Shown one piece after another: positions 1-10,270 of a DNA stretch of 64,000 nucleotides; position 1 is the first letter of the stretch, and each line of letters starts with the position of its first letter. The DNA is taken from positions 96,001-160,000 of the forward strand of contig RDOC01000002.1 in NCBI GenBank assembly GCA_011364985.1, given 5' to 3'. The translations under genes and the position numbers were made by a program. The notes under the pieces were generated by a model. It saw nothing but the letters and a program-made list of their open reading frames with translations, did not search any database and was not told the DNA's origin. Source of the DNA: Candidatus Thorarchaeota archaeon (GTDB lineage: Archaea > Asgardarchaeota > Thorarchaeia > Thorarchaeales > Thorarchaeaceae).

Positions 1-199
1 AGTATTTCAAGGAAATAGAAGAATGGACAAGAATTACACTCTTCTCTCAACACTTGCAAGGATTGCAGACATTTCTACACAAAGAGCTGGTCGGACCTAT
101 GTTGATACCATTACTGAAATTGTCAAAAGAAACCCTTCACAAGGGCAAAGATTCGCTAGGTGGTTAGATGTTAGGAAAGACGTCTTCGAAATGAAATGA
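1..199 (+). CDS. 3' end of a gene truncated by the window edge; resembles the C-terminus of replication factor C large subunit
   Basis: Open frame from nt 2 (VFQGNRRMDKNYTLLSTLARIADISTQRAGRTYVDTITEIVKRNPSQGQRFARWLDVRKDVFEMK) ending at TGA 197-199; family assignment from memory of archaeal RfcL C-termini. Confidence 0.4.
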   Translation, partial: VFQGNRRMDKNYTLLSTLARIADISTQRAGRTYVDTITEIVKRNPSQGQRFARWLDVRKDVFEMK

Positions 200-1034
200 A
201 ATCATCACGAATAAATGATAGAGCTGTATTGTATCGTTCAATGAAGCTGACTTGTCTTTCTACGGTCTTCTGAATGCGTTTGAGAGCGGATTTGCTTCTT
301 CTCATAATAATCGGTGTAACTGCTTCAACAAGGACAAGAAATTCCGGTGGGGCAGGATTAATTCCATTTGTAATTTCATATGTATGATTGAGAATTCTAT
401 CAATGATATTAGGCTCAAAGTGGCCTTCTCCAATTTGTGTTAATAATCTGACAATTTTCCGTATCAATTTCCAAAGAAAATTCGTTCCATAGAAATCAAT
501 TAGGGTTGTGTTTTTATGTGCAATAACGGAAGCGTTTAGAATTGTGGTTGATGTTGGGCGATTTTCATCGGGTTTGGATAATAAGCCAAAGTCATGAAAT
601 CCAATAATTGTCTGAATACTGGACTGCATTGTTTCTACATTAAGCGTTCGTCCTCGAGTTGGAAGATAGTATCTATAATGACGCATAAGAATGTCAAATC
701 TTGGTTTGAAATCAGCTGGAGCTTTACAATATGCCCATAACGTGATATCATCTGGCAAGAATCTGTTTATCCTATCAATTTCCAGAGGTCTTTCTGTTTG
801 GATTGCTACAATCTGTCCATAGCTATGCACACCACGATCTGTTCGCCCTGAAAGCTGAATCGATTCGGTATTGTGTGATTCGCTACTCCATTCTTCGATA
901 GCTTCAATTATCTCACCTTGAATAGTAGAAAATCCGGGCTGATATTGGGATCCGAAGTAATTTGTTCCCAGATAGAAAAGACGACAAATATAGGTATCCA
1001 AACAGAAAAACCTCCTATGAGTCCCACAAATCAA
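171..1034 (-). CDS. truA: tRNA pseudouridine(38-40) synthase TruA
   Basis: YxGxxYxGSQxQP and GRTDRGVH catalytic motif, FLWKLIRKIV motif; true start may be slightly downstream. Confidence 0.92.
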   Translation of the reverse strand: MICGTHRRFFCLDTYICRLFYLGTNYFGSQYQPGFSTIQGEIIEAIEEWSSESHNTESIQLSGRTDRGVHSYGQIVAIQTERPLEIDRINRFLPDDITLWAYCKAPADFKPRFDILMRHYRYYLPTRGRTLNVETMQSSIQTIIGFHDFGLLSKPDENRPTSTTILNASVIAHKNTTLIDFYGTNFLWKLIRKIVRLLTQIGEGHFEPNIIDRILNHTYEITNGINPAPPEFLVLVEAVTPIIMRRSKSALKRIQKTVERQVSFIERYNTALSFIRDDFISFRRRLS

Positions 1035-1260
1035 AAAGGTTTCTGAACGAGCGTGCGCGTAGGTCCTCTATCCGGTATCGATAGATTTTGATTCGGCCGA
1101 ATATTTTCTCCTCAACAAGACCAGAATCGATTAGGACTTCAAGATGCGATTTTGTAGAGCTGTGATTCAATGACACTCTCCTGCACAATTCAGAGATATT
1201 CAATTCATTCGATGTGGCCAGCTCCTTGAGTATCTTGATACGGCCTTTTGAAGAAAACAA
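1015..1260 (-). CDS. ArsR-type winged-helix protein, co-oriented immediately downstream of cdc6
   Basis: LNISELCRRVSLNHSSTKSHLEVLIDSGLVEEKIFGRIKIYRY wHTH pattern; frame stays open upstream to a GGAGGT at ~1313-1318, so the start may be an ATT/ATC near 1311. Confidence 0.8.
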   Translation of the reverse strand: MFSSKGRIKILKELATSNELNISELCRRVSLNHSSTKSHLEVLIDSGLVEEKIFGRIKIYRYRIEDLRARSFRNLFDLWDS

Positions 1261-1320
1261 CTCTTCAATTGGTATTCTCGATAAGGGGTTCTGTGTATCT
1301 GTGATTGAAATGACCTCCTA

Positions 1321-2529
1321 TTATTCAAGAATGTCCAGAAGGTAGTCCTCTAGCATCTCTGCAGGAACATCTGAAAGCCCAATAAGAGTAGTCTGTCCCC
1401 GTTGACCAGCTCCGGACCGTTTTGTATCAACAAGTCGGTGAGCAGTTAAATCTTGGACCCACTCCCAAACTTGAGTATGTGCCCGTGGTTCTTCGGAGTA
1501 CTCCTCACAAACGGTTCGATACATTTCTTCGAGTTCGCCCATAGTAATGTAAGCACTTCGAATTTCCCTGAGCTGTCTTGCTGCTGCCAAGAGAAGCAAT
1601 ATGTTTTGTCTTGGAAGCGTGGCGAAAACTTCCTTTCTTAGCTCAGGATGGGTGTCAGCCTTTGCATGGCGAGCGTAATCAGGAATCACTCTTCTTGATG
1701 TCTCACGATCAGCTTGTTTTCCAGACCGCCATAGTAGCTCTATTGCGTATCTTGCATCTCCACGTTCGGATGCAATATCGCAAATAATCTGAAGCGTTTC
1801 ATCCATGACTGTGTCTTTTTCAAATGCCATTTGGACCCTTTCTTTTAGAATGTCATATAGGGCTTCGGAGCTGTATTTCTGAAATCTCAAGAGATTTCTT
1901 TGTAATGTGCTAAGTGTACTAGAGTCTAATATATCTTCATCAAGGGGAATCTTCCTTCCTATTGCGATTATCGAGAGTCTCTGAGGAGCATTTAGCCGAT
2001 TGTCCATTAGCCGAGTCAAATCGTAAAGGATGTCTGCGCCACGTTGTTTAATGAAATAGTCCAATTCATCAAGGATCAGGAGAAGGTATGAGTCTTCTTC
2101 GTCTAGTACTTCAACAATCATATCTAAAAGCTCTTCTGGGGAATGACCACGTCGCGGAAATCTAGGTCTGAATTCGCGAAGCATACGGAGGTAGACAAGG
2201 TATGCGCTCTTGCTCACTCTGCAATTGATGTGAAGCTTGTTGAGTCTGATCCCCCTTCGAGTCGCTGCAAGTACCATTTGTTCTGCGAAAAGCTTGGCAA
2301 CGGCTGTCTTTCCTGTACCAACAGGGCCTTCGATTATGAATCTATGACTAGTCTGACCTGGTGATGTTATGAGAGTCTTGAAGCTCTGAGCAAGTGTTCT
2401 TAGTTCCTCTTCTCGATGAGGAAGTGATTCTGGGATATAATCAACAGACAGGAGCTGTTCTGATTTGAAAACACTCTTCCTACTCAATTCATCCTCAATG
2501 AAGTCATGACTCATCGTAATCAAATTCAA
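1321..2529 (-). CDS. cdc6: Orc1/Cdc6 replication initiator
   Basis: YIPESLPHREEE, Walker A GPVGTGKT, HINC, Walker B LILDELD, sensor GDARYAIELL, C-terminal winged helix. Confidence 0.95.
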   Translation of the reverse strand: MNLITMSHDFIEDELSRKSVFKSEQLLSVDYIPESLPHREEELRTLAQSFKTLITSPGQTSHRFIIEGPVGTGKTAVAKLFAEQMVLAATRRGIRLNKLHINCRVSKSAYLVYLRMLREFRPRFPRRGHSPEELLDMIVEVLDEEDSYLLLILDELDYFIKQRGADILYDLTRLMDNRLNAPQRLSIIAIGRKIPLDEDILDSSTLSTLQRNLLRFQKYSSEALYDILKERVQMAFEKDTVMDETLQIICDIASERGDARYAIELLWRSGKQADRETSRRVIPDYARHAKADTHPELRKEVFATLPRQNILLLLAAARQLREIRSAYITMGELEEMYRTVCEEYSEEPRAHTQVWEWVQDLTAHRLVDTKRSGAGQRGQTTLIGLSDVPAEMLEDYLLDILE

Positions 2530-2728
2530 AGCAAATAGCTATCTTAAAAGTATTATGAGAAATGTACACTTAACCGTATTCTTAGATAGGGGATTCCCGA
2601 AAGTAATATTGGCGAGTTCTTTACTCAAGATCCATATCATCGTCACAGGAGACTCATGGGGGTCAGAGCAATCATTACTCGCCATGAGAAGAATGTAAGA
2701 ATCAGGCCTTAAGTATGATGTCATAGAT

Positions 2729-2803
2729 TGGTGCGACCGCCGGGATTCGAACCCGAGTCGCAGGCTTGGGAAGCCTGCATCATAACCCCTAGACAACGGT
2801 CGC
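2729..2803 (-). tRNA. tRNA-Gly(CCC), intronless, CCA encoded
   Basis: GCGACCG/CGGTCGC acceptor, anticodon arm CAGGC-TTCCCAA-GCCTG, GGTTCGAATCC T-arm, ACCA end. Confidence 0.95.
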
Positions 2804-3010
2804 AATTCCGAAACACGATTATATCTGGTCGTAATTTAAGATTGTTGATATAATATTCGTATGGCAATTCAGTGAGAATCTTCCGTTTTGACGTTCATTT
2901 GTTGATGAGGGAGCATCGGCAAACTATGAAATGTAACCGGTCTTTGTAATGAACCAAATCTCAATCCTTATCTTGAGATTGCTTTCAGCTGAATACTTGG
3001 AAGTCTGGAT

Positions 3011-4150
3011 ATGTCTGAAGAAAAGAAAAGAACCTATTTTTGGCAAGGAAATCAGGCATGTGCAGAAGCAGCAATATCTGCAGGATGTAGGTTCTTCGCA
3101 GGCTACCCGATTACTCCAGCTTCTGAGATAGCAGAAATCATGGCCAAGAGGCTTCCTGAAGTTGGAGGAACATACCTTCAGATGGAAGATGAGATAGGGG
3201 CTATTTCAGCAATAGTTGGGGCTTCATGGGGAGGCATGCTTTCCATGACTGCAACATCTGGGCCAGGTTTTAGCCTGATGCAGGAAAATATAGGTTATGC
3301 AATCATGACCGAAACCCCTTGTGTAATCATTGATGTTCAGCGAGCTGGACCCAGTACAGGACAAGCAACGAAGGTGGCCCAAGGGGATTTTATGCAAGCA
3401 AGGTGGGGCACACACGGAGACCATGAGAGTATTGTACTGGCACCAAATTCGGCTCAGGAGTGTTATGAACTCACTCTGAGGGCTTTTCAAATCTCAGAAA
3501 GCATTAGACACCCAGTTATTCTTCTATCAGATGAAGTGGTAGCACATTCACGTGAAGGTGTCGTAGTAAAGCCAAATGATGATGTACAAGTTCATCGTAG
3601 GTTTGCTAGGAAAAATGAACCACATTTTGGAGGAATTGATGCAAAGAAACAAGCCATAATGCCAAGATTCGGAGATGGCCATGATTTGCTTGTCACTGGT
3701 TCAACTCATGATAAGGAAGGTTTTAGAAAAACATCCGATCCAGAAGCCCATAATGCACTTGTCCGACGACTCGCATTGAAAATTCAGAACAATCGATCTT
3801 TACTGACCGATTTCGTGGTTTCAGGTCCTGAAACAGGTGACTGGGGAATAATCTCGTATGGATGTACATCAAGATCTGTTGAGGAACTTATAGCAACCAA
3901 TTCCAGCAAACTGGCAATTAGATCATTTAGACCCAGAGGAATATGGCCATTCCCTGATGTGGAAATGCGCGAATTTGCGCAATCGGTCGACCGATTATTG
4001 GTCCCTGAACTTAGTCTCGGACAATTATCAAGAGAAGTATCTAGATCTGTGGGATCTGACAAGGAGATAGTGTCATTGACCAAGATTGGTGGTGGGTTAT
4101 TAATCGAACCAGATGAGCTGTTAAGAAAGATATCGGAAGAGCTTTCGTAA
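3011..4150 (+). CDS. korA: 2-oxoacid:ferredoxin oxidoreductase alpha subunit
   Basis: GNQACAEAA, GYPITPASEI, QMEDEI, TATSGPGFSLMQE, QRAGPSTG motifs. Confidence 0.92.
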   Translation: MSEEKKRTYFWQGNQACAEAAISAGCRFFAGYPITPASEIAEIMAKRLPEVGGTYLQMEDEIGAISAIVGASWGGMLSMTATSGPGFSLMQENIGYAIMTETPCVIIDVQRAGPSTGQATKVAQGDFMQARWGTHGDHESIVLAPNSAQECYELTLRAFQISESIRHPVILLSDEVVAHSREGVVVKPNDDVQVHRRFARKNEPHFGGIDAKKQAIMPRFGDGHDLLVTGSTHDKEGFRKTSDPEAHNALVRRLALKIQNNRSLLTDFVVSGPETGDWGIISYGCTSRSVEELIATNSSKLAIRSFRPRGIWPFPDVEMREFAQSVDRLLVPELSLGQLSREVSRSVGSDKEIVSLTKIGGGLLIEPDELLRKISEELS

Positions 4151-6483
4151 ATCGTGATTTCATTCTGCAGTGATACAGCTTGCTGTTCTTGATTGTCAAT
4201 AATCAGGACGATGCTGGTTCGCATCCATACTATCGTTCTAAACGACTTGTTAAGAGAAATACACCATGCTGTAGTGATTTCGAAAAGAATTTGATGCTCT
4301 CCGGGTTGTACCCACACAGGCAGAATAAATGGGATTTCTGTGAATGTACTATGATTATTCAAGGAAATGACTGGTATTTTGAAACTATCGAGGAATATTC
4401 GTGTGCTAACAGATGATATAGATGTACCATTATCATATTGCAAAGAAACCGTTAGGTTGGCTATTTCGTTGTAGTATACTGGGCTAATTGTTACTAATCC
4501 ATCTATGGACCCCTGAATTTGGACTTCGATCTCAGGAGTTTCCAAAAGGGTATATGTTACGTTTACTATCGAAATCATTAGTACATGAATACCAAGAGAA
4601 ACGTTGTTAGGTATTATGACCGAAATTCTCGCTTGTTTGTCAGTCATTACAGAAAATGAAAAAGAGAACTCATCCGTGAAATCATCAATCATAATCCTAA
4701 GAGATTGATTGAAAGAAAACTCAGAATCCAGAGTGAACGCTAATGACAGATTCGATCCTCTGATAGCATTCCATGACGTTTGAGCAGGTGAGAAAAGAAC
4801 AGGATATTGTATTGGGATTTCGATTGGGATTGTAGTTTCTGCTAGGTAAATTGAAGGATTTGTTTCTATAAGAATAGCAAGGTGGTGTATTCCAACTTGG
4901 GTATCTGTGGACACTAACCAATCAATATATGAAATGCCTTGCATATTTGTTGTGCCGATTCCTAAAGTAGCACCAGTTTCATTAATCAATCGTAGATTAG
5001 CTCCCTCAATGGGATCTCCCTGAGCATTTCCAACTCTTATAGCAGCCTCGGAAACATGGCCTAGGACTGTGGGTTGCACAATGTCATAGGAAACATTCGC
5101 GGAGAAGAAGATGGTAATGCTCTTAATATAGTCTAAAGATTCGTGATATAGCGTTCCATTACTTGTAGCTCTTATTAATCCAGAACCGAAAAACGTGTTT
5201 GGGATATTCAGCAAGGCCCGAATAGCCCCACTGACATTGGTTGCATGAAGACTGCTAGCAATTATCATGGTTTCATTTGATATTTCAATGAGAATTGGAT
5301 ATGACTTGATGCTTGTGTCGATTGTTGAGTCTGCGATTTCAATATCGATGACTAAGAATGCTCCACTTGTAGGGTTCTCGGAACAAGTTAAGGATAGAGT
5401 GACGTTTCTGCGAATCGCCTCTATGAGGATTGTTGATGTGCTTGATTGATACAAGGAATTGTGTGCTGTGATATTAACAGACCATATTCCTGGTGGAACT
5501 TCAAAGGGAATTGAAGCAGAATAGAATCCATTGCCAACATTGTCCATTGTTCCACTTGAAAATGAGGTCTGCCAGATTACAAGACTGTCATTCAATCTGG
5601 ATTCTGCCATATTTGTGTGAAGTATTGTAATATTGACCAATTCTGAATGATCTTCATAAGGATTTTCACATAGTATTATATTCGGAGATGATATGACTGT
5701 TATATTCGAGTGGGCAGGAAGGACAGTAATTGGAAGTGAGTCTGAGAATGGAGAGAAAGCTAGTGTACCATTGCCTGATATTGCGAGACTATAGCTTCCT
5801 GGGGGACCAAAGCTATTGCTCCAGTTCAAGGATAGGAATCCATTTGTATCTGTGATAAAATCTTGGGTGAAAACTTCAGTTGATGATTCATCGAAAACTG
5901 CAAGTGATACAGGGCTATTTGACAATACTATGTTACTGTTGTGAATGCTATTGATTCTGAATTTGAGTGTGCAATTGCTATTAAACTCGATATTTGTTGA
6001 TGATTCAGGAAGCACCTCCAGAGAACCTCTTGTAATGTTGATTGGAATTGTATCGCCGCCGCCCTGAGAATACCCGTCATATATTTCTACATTGAATATT
6101 ACATAGGCTACAGATCCATCTATGCCAGGGGAAGCGCAGTCAGGGCGAATCGTGTGTGATGAACTAAGATAGCGTATGTCGGGCAGAGCTCCAATATAGT
6201 AACTATCTGCAAAAACAACTCCTTGATCTGTTACGATTGAAAATGAAACATAACACCATCCATCTTGACTAAAGTCTGCTATTAGCTTGGCAACCATATC
6301 TATTGTTTCGCCAACTTCATAGACCAGTTTGTCGGTTTCAAAGTAGTAAAATTCGAAATAGTATGCTGTGACAGGAGCTGCGATACAAAGAATTGTTAGA
6401 ATTGAAACGGATACGATTACAATAGTCTGGTTATTCAAATAACACACCAAATGGAAGTCTTGACTATCCCTAAAAAACAGCAC
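3784..6483 (-). CDS. Large secreted/surface beta-rich (Ig-like repeat) hypothetical protein
   Basis: 899-aa ORF, N-terminal hydrophobic segment, repeated TD/NxxG and PGxY/HxL strands, many NxS/T sequons; last ~120 codons overlap korA antisense. Confidence 0.7.
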   Translation of the reverse strand: MLFFRDSQDFHLVCYLNNQTIVIVSVSILTILCIAAPVTAYYFEFYYFETDKLVYEVGETIDMVAKLIADFSQDGWCYVSFSIVTDQGVVFADSYYIGALPDIRYLSSSHTIRPDCASPGIDGSVAYVIFNVEIYDGYSQGGGDTIPINITRGSLEVLPESSTNIEFNSNCTLKFRINSIHNSNIVLSNSPVSLAVFDESSTEVFTQDFITDTNGFLSLNWSNSFGPPGSYSLAISGNGTLAFSPFSDSLPITVLPAHSNITVISSPNIILCENPYEDHSELVNITILHTNMAESRLNDSLVIWQTSFSSGTMDNVGNGFYSASIPFEVPPGIWSVNITAHNSLYQSSTSTILIEAIRRNVTLSLTCSENPTSGAFLVIDIEIADSTIDTSIKSYPILIEISNETMIIASSLHATNVSGAIRALLNIPNTFFGSGLIRATSNGTLYHESLDYIKSITIFFSANVSYDIVQPTVLGHVSEAAIRVGNAQGDPIEGANLRLINETGATLGIGTTNMQGISYIDWLVSTDTQVGIHHLAILIETNPSIYLAETTIPIEIPIQYPVLFSPAQTSWNAIRGSNLSLAFTLDSEFSFNQSLRIMIDDFTDEFSFSFSVMTDKQARISVIIPNNVSLGIHVLMISIVNVTYTLLETPEIEVQIQGSIDGLVTISPVYYNEIANLTVSLQYDNGTSISSVSTRIFLDSFKIPVISLNNHSTFTEIPFILPVWVQPGEHQILFEITTAWCISLNKSFRTIVWMRTSIVLIIDNQEQQAVSLQNEITIYESSSDIFLNSSSGSINNPPPILVNDTISLSDPTDLDTSLDNCPRLSSGTNNRSTDCANSRISTSGNGHIPLGLNDLIASLLELVAISSSTDLDVHPYEIIPQSPVSGPETTKSVSKDRLF

Positions 6484-6544
6484 ATGATTGCAACGACAAC
6501 TTTAATTCTGGACTAGATGGAGGTTAGTTGAGTCGAAGACTTGG

Positions 6545-6922
6545 ATGGGTAAACATATGGTTGTACGGCTGAAAAATACTGTAATAGAATCAATTGAAGA
6601 TGCTGATACCAAACGATTGAAACTGATACATATTGTTTCCAAGGACGAAGGGGCTGCTATTACTCTTGAATTGCCGGAAGCTCTCTGTGAAACCTTGAAT
6701 ACAAATGATTCAGTGACTGTTACCTTAGATTCGAAAGCGTTGACAAAAGGAGAGAACTCTAGGCTGTATATGGAGGCAAGAGTTTTCAGAACAGATGGAG
6801 AAGATGAATTGAATGTCATTGCAGCTGCAGGTGGACTCAGACTAACCTTACTGATGAATAAACCTACTACTGTGCAAAAAGCCACATTTGATGCCGATAA
6901 GCTCTTTTTTGTAATACAGTAG
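6545..6922 (+). CDS. rpo8: RNA polymerase subunit Rpo8 (RpoG / Rpb8 homolog)
   Basis: OB-fold-like pattern IESIE...LIHIVS...ITLELP and LYMEARVFR...NVIAAAGGLRL, matching the YVMxGxxY...SFGGLLM motif of Rpb8 as recalled. Confidence 0.7.
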   Translation: MGKHMVVRLKNTVIESIEDADTKRLKLIHIVSKDEGAAITLELPEALCETLNTNDSVTVTLDSKALTKGENSRLYMEARVFRTDGEDELNVIAAAGGLRLTLLMNKPTTVQKATFDADKLFFVIQ

Positions 6923-7101
6923 ATTTCTCAAGGTCTTGAAGTTATATGTCTTATGATTAGTTACAGTGACCCCTCTTTCTGTCTAGGCTTTCTAAACCTG
7001 TGAGACAGTATATGGAATTCACTCTATGGAACTAATGGTCCTAGAGAAGGGATTAAGCTATTCTGAAAGCCAGTTAGGATTTCGTACCGCTCAAATCTTG
7101 G

Positions 7102-8136
7102 GTGTGGTCTTTGATTGATGAAATATTCAAGGTGATTCAAGATTCGCCATGGTTGTGTCCTGATTGTTCTGGGATGCTTGTGGTGAATCAAGGGTTTTTT
7201 GTGTGTACTGAATGTGGTTTAGCTGTTTCAAGAGAATATGTCATTCCTACCTACCAAATGGGAGAACAAAGGGGAACTGACACACCTGATGCAAGTGTAT
7301 TCGTGTCTCTCGGAAATAGAATGCATATTGTTGATGGACTTGGGAGTTATATTGGATTTCACAAAGAAAGATATTTCCAGGATGCGCATGGTCAAGTGCT
7401 TTCGTCACGAATGCAAAAGAAGTTTAAACGGCTTAAGACAGTCTATAGTACGCGCATTAGAATTGGAAAAGACGAGGCAAAGTATAGAGCACTCAGAACT
7501 CTCAATCACGTTTCAAAATTACTGATGCTAAATGAACAAGTGCGTGATAGGACAGCTTATCTCTACAAGAAGATAGTTTCGGAATCTTCGAACAAAGTTA
7601 CAAATAACATCCTTCTCATTGCAGTTTGTCTTCTTATGGCTGTTAGAGAATTCAAGGAGGGGGCTCCGATAACACTTGAAGAAATAGCCAGCACTTTTGA
7701 GAAATGTGGACATAGGGTTAATGTAAGAGCTATCGTAAGAGAAGCATTGCGACTTAAGTCTATAATGGGTGTGGCTCCAGAAATTCGGAAACCCGAAGAT
7801 TATGTTCCACGAGTTCTCTCAATGCTAATGAATAGCAGAAGAGTTGTTGACAAGGTCATTTCACGAGGATGGGATCCAAGAAGCTATGAGAATGCTCTGC
7901 GTGACAAAATCCTTGAATTACTGGAACTGATTCCAGCTTCGAAACGGGGCGGCCGAAATCCATTCATTTTCACTGTTTCAGCAGCGTATGCCAGTGATCG
8001 ATTAATTGCAGAGAAGCATAATAGACGTTCTGTATTGACCCAAAAGCTCACCTCAAGCGCCACAGAAGTAGCTGAATATAGTATTCGAGATCATTTTGGG
8101 ATGATGAAGCAAGTCGTGGCAATGTCCGATGAGTGA
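7102..8136 (+). CDS. Divergent TFB/TFIIB paralog (Zn ribbon plus cyclin folds)
   Basis: CPDC...VCTECG zinc ribbon, cyclin-repeat motifs PITLEEIA, PEDYVPR, GRNP, TQK...VAEYSIR. Confidence 0.8.
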   Translation: MWSLIDEIFKVIQDSPWLCPDCSGMLVVNQGFFVCTECGLAVSREYVIPTYQMGEQRGTDTPDASVFVSLGNRMHIVDGLGSYIGFHKERYFQDAHGQVLSSRMQKKFKRLKTVYSTRIRIGKDEAKYRALRTLNHVSKLLMLNEQVRDRTAYLYKKIVSESSNKVTNNILLIAVCLLMAVREFKEGAPITLEEIASTFEKCGHRVNVRAIVREALRLKSIMGVAPEIRKPEDYVPRVLSMLMNSRRVVDKVISRGWDPRSYENALRDKILELLELIPASKRGGRNPFIFTVSAAYASDRLIAEKHNRRSVLTQKLTSSATEVAEYSIRDHFGMMKQVVAMSDE

Positions 8137-9841
8137 ACTTGAAATGATTGAAAAAGAAATAAAGATTGTAATCTGTTCAAAAAATAGATGCAAGGATTGT
8201 CAGCATGCCTCCGGTCTTGAATGCATGAATCTTGTAGAATTGCAAGACAATACAGATTTACGAATCGTCCTTCTAGTAGAGCAAAGCAAGGGGCTCATAC
8301 ACTTCAGCAAGCTTGTTCGACTACCGAAACGAGCTCCATGGTACAGCAACAGCTGGGATACTGTCTATGTTCACAAGGGAAGAATATTAGATGATCCTAA
8401 TGCTATTGTTGATTTCTATTCAACTGATCCCTATCTTTCCGTATTCTTCAAAGAAGAAAACAGTGGTGACCTATTCTATGAAGCATATCCTATTGTCCGT
8501 TCACCAATTGAAACAGCACTTGTAGAACAACTCGGACGCGATTTGTCACAGATTTTGGAGAAAGAATCTTCAGTTAGAGTAAAGCTAACAAATAGACTTG
8601 AGAGGCTTGCCTTGGCAGTTTCAAAGAAGATTTCAAAATTATTACCAGAAATTAATGATAGCACCCGTAGTAGAATATCAAGCATTGTTGCAAATGAGTC
8701 AACTGTAATTGGCCCGATGATTCCTCTTCTTCTGGATGACGAAGTTGAAGAGATATACCTTGACAGACCATGTAGCTCTCTATATTTTGACCATGCAAGA
8801 CATGGACGTAGTAGAACTTCACTGATACTTGATATGGATATTATTTCCCGTCTTGTAACCTTATTTAGAGCCGAAAGTAATTTGCATTTGGACCGAAAAA
8901 ATCCTTCCTTGAAGACGGATCTGAGTCTTCTTGGAAACTTACTTAGAGTGTCTGTTGGTGCTCCGCCTCTAGCTTCAGATGGCTTTCATTTGGAAATACG
9001 TCGTGCTCGCAAGAAACCATTGTCTTTGCTTGATTTGATAAAGAATGGAACGCTTACTCTAGAAGCAGCCTCCATTCTTATGCTTGCTCTTGGTTGTAGA
9101 TTCAACATTACGATAACTGGTGAGCCAGGATCAGGTAAAACTACCCTCTTGAACGCCTTGGATATGAGCAGCCCTCGTACTTGGAGAAAAGTCTACATTG
9201 AAGATGCTATAGAAAGCAGAACTCAATTGACGCACCATCAACTGAGAATCAGGGTTGATCCTGTTGACGAAGCTAATAGTAGATATAACAAGGACGTAGA
9301 GATTGTCAAGAGTTTACATAGATCGCCCGATTATTTAATACTGGGCGAAATACAGACAATGGAGCATAGTAGGTCCTTATTTCAAGCCATGGCAGCAGGT
9401 TTGCGCACAATCCAAACTTGTCATAGTTATTCTGCAGCAAGTCTGATTTCAAGGTGGGTATACAATCATCGAATAGAAGAATCAAGTCTAGCAATGATGG
9501 ATCTAATAGTGACTCTAAATAGACCAATCCCGGGTGAATCTTTGAGAAGAGTTGTCGAGATTGCAGAAGTGAAGAAGAGGATAGATGATGGGTTCTTACG
9601 TTTTGGAGGCTTGAATATACTCTATTCTGTTGTAGTCTCCAAACCGATCAGTTGGGCGGAAGATGGGGCGTTTCGGTTCCATGCCAACCAAGATGGATTC
9701 GAAAACCATATTCCTGCTTTTGAAATCATTGTGAAGATTCTTCGAGAAAACGTTCTTTCAATTACAGAAGAGAATAGCTTCCATTTGAGCGAGAAGCTCT
9801 GGGAATATGGACATCCCTTGAAGATTGTCGGTAGTGAATAA
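8129..9841 (+). CDS. Type II/IV secretion system ATPase (TadA/CpaF/VirB11-like)
   Basis: LLLDDEVEEI, Walker A GEPGSGKTT, YIEDAIE Asp-box, SLHRSPDYLILGEIQ Walker B, TCH His-box; overlaps the TFB paralog stop. Confidence 0.9.
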   Translation: MSELEMIEKEIKIVICSKNRCKDCQHASGLECMNLVELQDNTDLRIVLLVEQSKGLIHFSKLVRLPKRAPWYSNSWDTVYVHKGRILDDPNAIVDFYSTDPYLSVFFKEENSGDLFYEAYPIVRSPIETALVEQLGRDLSQILEKESSVRVKLTNRLERLALAVSKKISKLLPEINDSTRSRISSIVANESTVIGPMIPLLLDDEVEEIYLDRPCSSLYFDHARHGRSRTSLILDMDIISRLVTLFRAESNLHLDRKNPSLKTDLSLLGNLLRVSVGAPPLASDGFHLEIRRARKKPLSLLDLIKNGTLTLEAASILMLALGCRFNITITGEPGSGKTTLLNALDMSSPRTWRKVYIEDAIESRTQLTHHQLRIRVDPVDEANSRYNKDVEIVKSLHRSPDYLILGEIQTMEHSRSLFQAMAAGLRTIQTCHSYSAASLISRWVYNHRIEESSLAMMDLIVTLNRPIPGESLRRVVEIAEVKKRIDDGFLRFGGLNILYSVVVSKPISWAEDGAFRFHANQDGFENHIPAFEIIVKILRENVLSITEENSFHLSEKLWEYGHPLKIVGSE

Positions 9842-9925
9842 TAATTTATGTAGTACTCAAATAATCCATGAATTTGGGGGTATTTAAAACATAAAGAACA
9901 TAGACAAAAGCATAGGTATGAATAG

Positions 9926-10129
9926 ATGAAGGCAATCAAAAATCCTCTCAAAGATGAAAGGGGAGGTCCATTGGTAGAAGAAAGCTTACTTCTTGGTCTT
10001 GCTGTGATTACCATTTCGATAGTGATTGCAGTTATTTTTCAGGCGACAGGTTGGGCACAAAATGTAGTTGCTGGGTTGCTTCAGCTATTAGAAGACAGCT
10101 GGAATGGTGTGACACATTTACTTCCTTAG
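9926..10129 (+). CDS. Small type IV/Flp-like prepilin with class III signal peptide
   Basis: Charged leader ending KDERG, then GPLVE (Glu at +5) and a hydrophobic helix. Confidence 0.7.
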   Translation: MKAIKNPLKDERGGPLVEESLLLGLAVITISIVIAVIFQATGWAQNVVAGLLQLLEDSWNGVTHLLP

Positions 10130-10270
10130 TTTTGCCGTAAATTCATTATAACTATGAGACCCTTACATCTAAGAATAGAAACATACTTGATGAATCAATT
10201 ATAATAGATGCGGGGAAACCCTTATTTGTGGTTAGAGAGGTGCTCTCGCGCTCCAGACTGGCGCAATCAG

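Noticed and set aside
2530-2728. Origin next to cdc6
   Set aside because: No ORB consensus or extended AT-rich element visible; the ORBs are at 22.4 and 26.5 kb
2539-2805. ORFs overlapping tRNA genes (also 10152-10388, 51000-51407, 53787-54002)
   Set aside because: Spurious frames across tRNA genes
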